Notes under the pieces: generated by a model
The model's input: the letters and a program-made list of their open reading frames with translations, nothing else
Told to the model about the DNA's origin: nothing
The model's database searches: none
NCBI GenBank assembly: GCA_964016885.1
Contig: OZ024761.1
Location: forward strand, 30,442,001-30,506,000
Source of the DNA: Eledone cirrhosa
Lineage: Eukaryota
Direction: 5' to 3'
Length of the DNA stretch: 64,000 nt
Shown: positions 56,236-64,000 of the stretch, piece after piece
Numbering within the stretch: position 1 is the stretch's first letter
Layout: each line of letters opens with the position of its first letter
Made by a program: the position numbers and the translations under genes

Positions 56236-56942
56236 GAGGCACATGGCTTAGTGGTTAGAGCATTGGGCTTGCAATCGAAAGGTTGTGAGTTCAATTCTCG
56301 GACTGGGTGATGTGTTGTGTCCTTGAGCAAGAGACTTTATTTCATATTGCTCCAGTTTACTCAGCTGTAGAAATGAGTTGCGATCCTGCCAAATCAATGG
56401 GTGGCAGTAGTTCCAGCTGCACACATCGAAAGACTGGTGTTGTGGTTCTGAGAACAATGGGGCTTTGCAGATGATCAATGCAAATTGAGAATGGAAAGGC
56501 GTTCCCGCTCGAGTTAGAAGAGAACTATTGACCTTCAGGAGAAGCAGCGACCCCTGATTGTATTCAGCAACCAAAACAAATATGAAGTACGCCAAATCCA
56601 ATGCTCCTAGGGGCGGCCCTGGTTCTTCTTATTTGTGAGTGTAAACTCGGCCAGATTAGATTATTAGCTATAAAATAGTGGGGTCAGCTTATATTTTGGG
56701 GTGGTGGGGGTCAATATTTTGACAATTTTAACCAACTTTAAATTCTACATAGATAAGGTTTATGTTTTTGCCTATTTCTTAGCCATAATATAGTGGGGTT
56801 AGCTTATATGTTAGGATGGTGGAGGCCAATATTTTGACGATTTTTACCAGCTTCAAATTCTATGTAGTTAAGGTTCGGATTTTTGCCCATTTCTCAGTCA
56901 TGAAATAGTGGGGTCAGCTTCTAATAGAGAGTATATATGGTA
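56039..56942. mobile_element. Degenerate pogo/Tc2-like MITE with ~115 bp internal repeats, interrupted by (TA)n and a SINE
   Basis: Ends CCTATATACTTGAATATAAGTTGA / TCAGCTTCTAATAGAGAGTATATATGG; repeated GGGGTCAGCTTATA motifs. Confidence 0.55.
56237..56668 (+). mobile_element. CORE-SINE with family-B head but a different 3' body
   Basis: Matches the family B head/CORE to about 56377, then unrelated ~290 bp ending in ATTAG repeats. Confidence 0.7.
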
Positions 56943-57002
56943 TATGTATTGTCAAACGATGTAAATATAATGTACTGAACTGAGCTGAAAACTGTGTTTT
57001 AG

Positions 57003-57161
57003 GTGTTCAGTGCATCTAATGTGGAATTGATAACCAAGACTAGAACGGAGCATATGACAGAAGATGACAAAGAACGCTGTAAGAAGGTGAACAAGACTCC
57101 TCTAGTGTCCTTCTTAGGGGTCGCTGAAGAGGAAAATAAAGCCCAGGGTGCTACCAATGGT
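57003..57161 (+). CDS. ANKRD13: ANKRD13 coding exon
   Basis: TTTTAG / GTAAGT; VFSASNVELITKTRTEHMTEDDKERCKKVNKTPLVSFLGVAEEENKAQGATNG. Confidence 0.94.
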
Positions 57162-57614
57162 GTAAGTGTATGTGTCTATAAATATAGTTGTGTTGTATAT
57201 AATCAGTTTGTTTATATAGTCTGTATGTGTATATAGTCTAAAAAAAAATTTAAACTCTGTCTCGAGCCTGGAGGGTCATCAGGCTGGTGTTTATCCTGGT
57301 GTAAACGGTGTTAAGTGATTAAGAGTACAAGACTTCCCCCTGGACAGGATGCCAGTCCATCACAGGTTTAATCCCCCAGCTATTGTTGGTATTCATTTTC
57401 AGCTGAGTATACTGGAACAACAAGAAATGAAGTGTTTTGCTCAAGAGCACAACATGCAATCCAGTTCAGGAATCAAACCCATGACATTATGATCATAAGT
57501 ACAACACCCTTACCACTAGGCTATGCACCTACTGTATAGCCTGTATGTGTGTAAATATGGTTATGTTGTGTAGTTTGTATGTAAGTGTAAATATATGGCT
57601 GTATAGTGTGTGTA

Positions 57615-57828
57615 TCTTGGGAATCCGAGATAGTGTGCAATAGAGAAGACTGTGATGCGCATAGACAATGACCGATGGGTGAAGAAATGCCAGGAAATTC
57701 TAGTGGAAGAAAGCCGCAATAGAGGATAACCAAGAAAGACCTTGGCAGAGGTTGTGAGAGCGGACCTCAAATCGTTAAATCGGCTGACTATGAAAAATTG
57801 ATGCAAGACTGTGAAATCTTGCATGCAT
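57615..57828 (+). mobile_element. Degenerate RTE 3' fragment
   Basis: VMRIDNDRWVKKCQEILVE....RG*PRKTLAEVVRADL. Confidence 0.8.
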
Positions 57829-58059
57829 TAACCCTCATTTGGTCAATCTTTGAACTTTTCAGCCTACCCTTAATAATTGTTTCTACTTTTGGCACAGGGC
57901 CAGCAATTACCCCAGTGCATTATTGGTACTTTATTTTATCGACCCTGTAAGGAAGAAAGGCAAAGTTAACCTCGGCGGGATTTGAACTCAGACCATAAAG
58001 GGCTGTATAGTTTAATAATGCTGTTGCTTTTTCTTTATAAGCTAGTAAATTAATTAGAG

Positions 58060-58400
58060 ACCAACATGTATATATATTAGGAGAAAATGGAGTTATATAT
58101 GTGAGGACTTAATCCACTAGATTATGTTATGGAGAGAGGGCTTATCTATGAGAGGATTAGTTTGGTTATTAGGTCAGAAGGTGGCATTTCTAATAAGATT
58201 ATGTTTTTCCCCAGATTGGCGAGATTGTTTAGGTTTAGCCTTAATACCTGTAAGTCAGTTCCTGTAGAAATGACAAAGGCAGGGAGAGAGTTCCAAAGGG
58301 ATAACAGTCCTGGGAATGAAGGATTGTACATGGTAATTCAAGGTGGTGTAATAAAGTTTTTAATTATTTAGTTTAAACATTTAGTCTTTAGTACTGGTGT
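58060..58400 (-). mobile_element. Degenerate CR1/L2-like LINE 3' fragment
   Basis: SFPGLLSLWNSLPAFV motif in ORF 58146-58331; boundaries approximate. Confidence 0.55.
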
Positions 58401-58555
58401 AATGTGGTGGTCACAGAGGGTTGGTCTTAAAAGAGGTTTAACTATTACTGTCCTCTACCACTTGAAACTACATTCGCAAGACATTCTTGAAAAGTATGAA
58501 ACAGCGCTGTGATTTAGATCATATTAAAAACTAAGTTCTCTAATCTAATACTGTG

Positions 58556-58835
58556 GAGGCACATGGCCTCATGGTAAGGGTGTTGGACTTACGATCATAA
58601 TGTCGTGGGTTCAATTTCTGGGTTGCGTGATGTGTTCTTGATCAAAACACTTCATTTCACATTGCTCCAGTATACTCAGATGAAAATGAGTACCAGCAAT
58701 AACTGGGGGTTTAACCCTGTGATGGATTTGCGTCCTGTCCAGTGGGGGAGTCTTGTACTCTCAGTTGCTTCATGCTATGAAACCAGGATAAGCACTGGCT
58801 AAATGAGCTTTCTGGCTTAAGGCAGACTTAAGACT
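58556..58835 (+). mobile_element. CORE-SINE family C; copies 9380-9655- and 57255-57528-
   Basis: tRNA head + CORE-like block + AACCCTG.GATGGA.T.GC.TCCTGTCCAG body. Confidence 0.8.
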
Positions 58836-59609
58836 TAGAATCTAATACTACAAAACTTCACAATGATACTATAAACTAGTAAAGATACTATAAACATTTA
58901 AATCAAACCATATGAGCAAAACGTTTTTGAAAAGTATGAAACAACGCTGTCTACATCACATTAAAAATTAAAGTCTTTAGTTTAGTTTACTACAAATTTC
59001 ACAACAGTCTGTGCACTAGTAAAGATATTGTAAACATTTGAATTAATAAGCGACATGAAACCACATTAGTAAGACATTTTTGAAAAGTACAAACAGTACT
59101 ACGGCTACATCACATTAATAATTAATGTCTTTACTTTAATACTGCAGATGTTAGCAACAATCTGTCCAACAGTAAAAATACTATGAACATTTGAATTAAC
59201 AAACCATGTTCTTAGACATTTTCTGTAAAATCATTAGATGCTATGTTAACTCTTTAGCATTTAAACTGGCCATATCTGGCCAGAATTCTCTCACCTCTTT
59301 CTGTTCAAACCAGCTGTAACCAGCGCATCATACTGATGTCAAGGTATTGTCCTCAAAATAGATAACATCAAAATCTCCTATATTCAATATTATGTGAAAT
59401 AATTATGTGAGATAAAGCTTTTACTGTGAAAATACAATAGTAAATATAGACTAATGTGACTGCTAAAGGGTTAAGAAAATTTGTTCCCCTTTTTTTGATT
59501 CCTTCCAAAATTTTATTTTCTAATGAATATCTATATTGTTTGTTTGTTGTGTTTACTATGTTTTTCTTTTTGTTTTTGGTCAATGGCACCCCCACCTCAC
59601 ACATAACAG

Positions 59610-59892
59610 CCAGACATTCAGACCCTGTCTTACAATCCATCGTCCATCAAACCGGAAGAATACTTTGATGAGGAATGCAACCTTGGTGAGCGTGACATCG
59701 GACGTCCTATTGAGCAGAGTAGCAAAGCACAGCGTTTCAAAGCCACTCTGTGGCTATGTGAGGACTACCCACTCTCCCTACCGGAGCAAGTTGTACCCAT
59801 AATTGACCTTATGGCAGCCAGCAATGCCCACTTCAAGAAGTTACGCGATTTTGTCACATTGCAGCTTCCAGCAGGATTCCCAGTAAAAATCG
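59610..59892 (+). CDS. ANKRD13: ANKRD13 coding exon (start 59610, or in-frame alternative 59622)
   Basis: [20 protein letters not shown]...[66 protein letters not shown]; donor GTAAAC; not in the ORF track. Confidence 0.93.
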
Positions 59893-59939
59893 GTAAACAA
59901 ATTCCCTGTTAACTCTTTTCCTACCATCTAATATATAAT

Positions 59940-60126
59940 TGTTTCTACTTTTGGCATAAGGCCAGCAATTACCCAGTACATTACTGGTACTTTATTTTAT
60001 CGACCCCGTAAGGATGAAAGGCAAAGTTGACCTCGGCGGGATTTGAACTCAGAATGGAAAGGGCCGTAATTCTATGCGTCAAAGCATGACGTACGACCCT
60101 CTACTGATACTGCCAATCCACCGCCC
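59940..60126 (-). mobile_element. SINE family A copy (ANKRD13 intron)
   Basis: Same consensus; duplication TAATATATAAT at 59929 and 60128. Confidence 0.9.
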
Positions 60127-60947
60127 TTAATATATAATGATTGGAGGACTGCGAGACTGTCAGGGATATTTTTTCTGAACATGTGATCAAAATAAGTTGG
60201 ATTATTTTGAATAAATCATAAATGAATATTATGTAATTTATCTACTAAATTTCTTAGCTCTTCATTAAACATAAATATTCTTAAATGCTTATTTCATAAA
60301 TATTCTTATATTGCTTATTTCAAGATTTACTTCTTTTAAAATTTTCAAATGTCAACACTTCCGTTAACATCGAGGGGTGTTAGACACATGGAATTCAAAA
60401 AGGTGCTGAGGGTTGTTGTTGGAAAGATGGTTAATAATCTTGTGGGTGTTTGCCAAGTCAGTTGCCTTGCCAGACGTTGGCACTTTAATGTATCCATGCC
60501 CAGGGAAGCAAGGTTTTCATGGTATGGTAGATGCCTGATGGAGGGTATTTGCTTGTTTGCAGGACGTCACTATTCTGAGCAAGATGGTGTTCCAGACTGG
60601 TGATGCAAATTCTAAGTGTGGCATAACCAACTTTCTCATTATTAAACATAACTCAACAACGGTTCTGTTTGAAACATAACTCAACAACGGTTCTTACATA
60701 AAGTTTAAACACTTGAACTCTTTCATTTACCTAATATTTAATGAAAGACATTACCTGTTGTTTTTAAAATAATTAATAATTTGGAGAGATTTAGTAATAT
60801 ATTTAATGAAGGAGGTGGTTGTGATGACAGTAATATATGAATGTCTTGTTTTGGTATTTTCCTGTTTCTTCAAAGGGTCATGGATTGGCAGACTATTTAA
60901 ACCTTTTTCTTTCTCTTCATTTTAATTGTTGTTGTTGTTCTATTTAG

Positions 60948-61106
60948 AAATTCCCTTGTTCCATGTCCTTAATGCAAGAATCACTTTTGGAAACATCTTT
61001 GGAGTGGAGAGCCCCATTGCAGGGGTCACCTGTGTTCAAGATGATAAGATGTCCTGTATGGTTGATGATTCTGTATTTGAATTACCGGCCGACTATAACC
61101 GAGGGG
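60948..61106 (+). CDS. ANKRD13: ANKRD13 coding exon
   Basis: TTTAG / GTGAGA; (E)IPLFHVLNARITFGNIFGVESPIAGVTCVQDDKMSCMVDDSVFELPADYNRG. Confidence 0.94.
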
Positions 61107-61459
61107 GTGAGACTCTATTTACTATGGTTGTGGTTATTGTTGAGGGCAGAGGCAGGGGTGAAAAGGTGTGTGTAGGAGAGACTGTGAGTGAGTGCATGCA
61201 TGTATGTGTGTGTGTCTAGGGGGAATGTGTATGTCTGTGTAGTATATATATATGTGCGTTTGTCTGTATATATGTGTGTCTGTGTGTAGTATGTGTCTGT
61301 AGTATATATGATGCCTGTGTGTAGTATGTATGTGTGTGTGTGTACTGTATGTAGTATGTGTGTAGGCATATATGGATACAGTATATTTGTGTTTGTCTGT
61401 ATCTCTGTGTAGTATATATATATATATGTGTGTGTAGTGTATAATGTGTGTGTGTGTAG

Positions 61460-61491
<32 letters not shown>

Positions 61492-61561
61492 TGTCCGTAT
61501 AGTTTATATATATGTGTGTGTGTATATATATATATATGTGCATGTGTGTCTGTGTCTAGTA

Positions 61562-61592
<31 letters not shown>

Positions 61593-61733
61593 GTCTGTAT
61601 ATGTCTGTATAGTTCATATATATAAATATATATATATATGTCTGTATAGTTTATATATATATATATATATGTGTGTGTGTATATATATATATGTGCATGT
61701 GTGTCTGTGTCTAGTATATATATATATGTCTGT

Positions 61734-61771
<38 letters not shown>

Positions 61772-62070
61772 TGTATAGTTCATATATATAAATATATATA
61801 TATATATATTTGTCTGTATAGTTTATATATATATATGTGTGTGTGTATATATATATATATGTCTGTATAGTTTATATATATATATGTGTGTATATATATA
61901 TATATATGCATGTGTGTCTGTGTCTAGTATATATGTATATATATATATGGGCATGTGTGTCTGTGTCTAGTATATATGTACATATATATATATATATATA
62001 TATATTTACACATATATATATGTGTCTGTGTGTCAGTCAAGTTTGTCCTCTTACCCATTTCTCTCTCCAG

Positions 62071-62174
62071 GTGATGCCAACCATGAGAGGTTGACCCTGC
62101 GTTCCGATGATGAGGAGTTGTTACAATATGCCATCCAACAGAGTATGATTGAAGTCGGCACAGAAAACGACCAG
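62071..62174 (+). CDS. ANKRD13: ANKRD13 coding exon with ubiquitin-interacting motif; gene continues downstream
   Basis: CTCCAG / GTAAAT; (G)DANHERLTLRSDDEELLQYAIQQSMIEVGTENDQ with UIM DDEELLQYAIQQS. Confidence 0.94.
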
Positions 62175-62370
62175 GTAAATTGTACGATTGAATCTCCTGC
62201 TGACCCTTATGTAAGTGAACTACTTCTGAAAAACTAACTCAAATCATAAATCATCAATCAGTATCAATCAAATCAATCAGTCTCAGTCACAGTCAATCAG
62301 TAGACGTTATTGTGGGTTTGTTGTTGTTGTTGGTTTTTTTTCTTCTTTCTTTTTTGTTTTTGTGCTTTTG

Positions 62371-62419
<49 letters not shown>

Positions 62420-62421
<2 letters not shown>

Positions 62422-62629
62422 AATTTTTCATTCGCACCGTTTCCTTTCGCTATATGTCTCTCCACCACTCCCCTGCACACCTTTTGAACTCTGTTCCTAC
62501 ACACTTCTCACCTGAGGAAGGGCTTATGCCCGAAACGTCGTCCCCCACCTAACCCCCACTCTCCTGAGCGTGAAATTAATAAACATTTATTGTACTGCCT
62601 CTCTGTTTTGTCCCTGTTCAAATTTTTCC

Positions 62630-62630
<1 letters not shown>
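62420..62630 (+). mobile_element. Penelope-like pseudo-LTR remnant with minimal hammerhead motif at 62510-62541
   Basis: CTGAGGA-A-GGGC-TTAT-GCCC-GAAAC-GTC, followed by AATAAA; flanked by (TA)n. Confidence 0.7.
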
Positions 62631-62673
<43 letters not shown>

Positions 62674-62691
62674 ATATATATATATATATAT

Positions 62692-62879
62692 ATAGGAACG
62701 AGTAGGACCCCGACGGCTGAGCTCAAGCCGTTTCGACGGCTAATTCTGGACTTAGACGTCGAAACGGCTTGAGCTCAGCCGTCGGGGTCCTACTCGTTCC
62801 TATTACCCACTCTACTACCCTAAGTATTGAGTACTTTGGTGCGTTATGGTCCACCTGGTTCCTTACCACATTTCCTCCG

Positions 62880-62881
<2 letters not shown>
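62692..62881. mobile_element. Palindromic (snap-back) Penelope-like LTR fragment; relatives at 36308-36498, 2826-2890, 3766-3805
   Basis: Near-perfect inverted repeat 62692-62803; arm carries hammerhead 3' half GAAA-CGGCT..AGCCG-TC-GGGGTC; embedded in (TA)n. Confidence 0.7.
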
Positions 62882-62921
<40 letters not shown>

Positions 62922-62971
62922 GTTTTGCGAGGTTTTTGATATGAAATCGTGTGTTGAAACAAATATTTTTA

Positions 62972-63300
62972 TACTATTGCAAGAAATAATAACAGAACAC
63001 ACTCACTGTTTGGTTGGTTTTCGCTTCTGTATCTTTTATATCTCCATAGTTAATTTATTTGCCAATCAATGTTTATCATTGATTGACCAATGGTTAAAAA
63101 TACAGATATAAATATATATATATATAGTCTAACATGTTAGACTATATATATATTTTTATATCTGTATTATTATGCTGGCCGAATAAATTAATTATGGAGT
63201 TATAAAAGATGCAGAAGCGAAAACCAACCAAACAGTGAGTGTGTTCTGTTATTATTTCTGGCAATAGTATAACAATATGACCCTCCCCAAGTATAACAAT
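62972..63300. mobile_element. About 300 bp imperfect palindrome of a Penelope-like LTR family
   Basis: Arms 62972-63063 and 63177-63269 are reverse complements; axis at AACATGTT 63131-63138; homologous to 21610-21825. Confidence 0.7.
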
Positions 63301-63630
63301 ATATATATGTATATTTTTGCTTTTTATTTTGTTTTTTATATTTATTTATTTGTTTGTTTGTTGTCCCCTTACCTTACCTTCCTACCTCTCCTCTCTCTCT
63401 CCTTCCTTTCCCCTTCTCTGTTTCTTCCCTTACTCATATTACCCCCCCCCCCACGTTATCCTCCCGCCCTATCTCTCCCCTTCCTTACTTAAGCCTTCTG
63501 TCTCACCTCTCACTCTTATTACCTCCACCTCTTTCTATATTCTATTTGTTGACATCCCTCCCTTCCTCCTTCCTCTGTCTCTCCTCTCACTCATACTTAC
63601 ACCCACACCTCTTTCTATATTTTCCTATCC

Positions 63631-63665
<35 letters not shown>

Positions 63666-64000
63666 TTTTATTCTAGCCTCTGTTGTTCTGTTCCCCACTG
63701 CTCTCTCCATAAATACCCTGCTATACTCTTAGATATGTCACAGCTTTTTAATTAAAAATGAATAAATAATAATAATAATAATAATTGTTTCTACTTTTGG
63801 CACAAGGCCAGCAATTTCCCAGTGCATTACTGGTACTTTATTTTATCGACCCCCGTAAGGAATGGAAGGCAAAGTTGACCTCGGCAGGATTTGAACCTCA
63901 GAATGGCAAGGGCCATAACTCTATGTGTGGCGTCCGACCCTCCTGAGTGCTACTGGCAGTATGTTACCTAGTTCAACCTGTCACATGGTCGAGTCATAGG

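Noticed and set aside
62972-63269. Fifth example of a stem II-centred palindrome
   Set aside because: By comparison with 21566-21640 its axis lies downstream of the ribozyme, so it does not fit the stem II rule

Overview
Eukaryotic, AT-rich, microsatellite-dense genomic DNA. The repeat families point to an octopus or another cephalopod (inference). The only protein-coding gene I can support is a + strand ANKRD13-family gene (ankyrin repeats, GPCR-chaperone domain, UIM). Eleven GT-AG exons from 47296 to 62174 join in one open frame; the first exon was not found and the last exons probably lie beyond the window. The rest is repeats: Nin/Deu-domain and CORE tRNA-SINEs; RTE, CR1/L2 and Tx1/L1 3' fragments; a decayed DD37D (maT) transposon; piggyBac, hAT, Tc1/mariner, pogo-like and Harbinger-like MITEs; and many mini- and microsatellites. 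Nearly all listed ORFs are microsatellite artefacts. The most interesting signals are three. First, about nine hammerhead-ribozyme motifs in Penelope-like LTR remnants, at least one structurally complete, plus four snap-back palindromes whose axis falls on hammerhead stem II. Second, a 4.2 kb satellite made of 5' splice-site/U1-complementary motifs. Third, tandem arrays repeatedly seeded from the same RTE/SINE segments. All folds and family assignments were made by eye; no searches were run.
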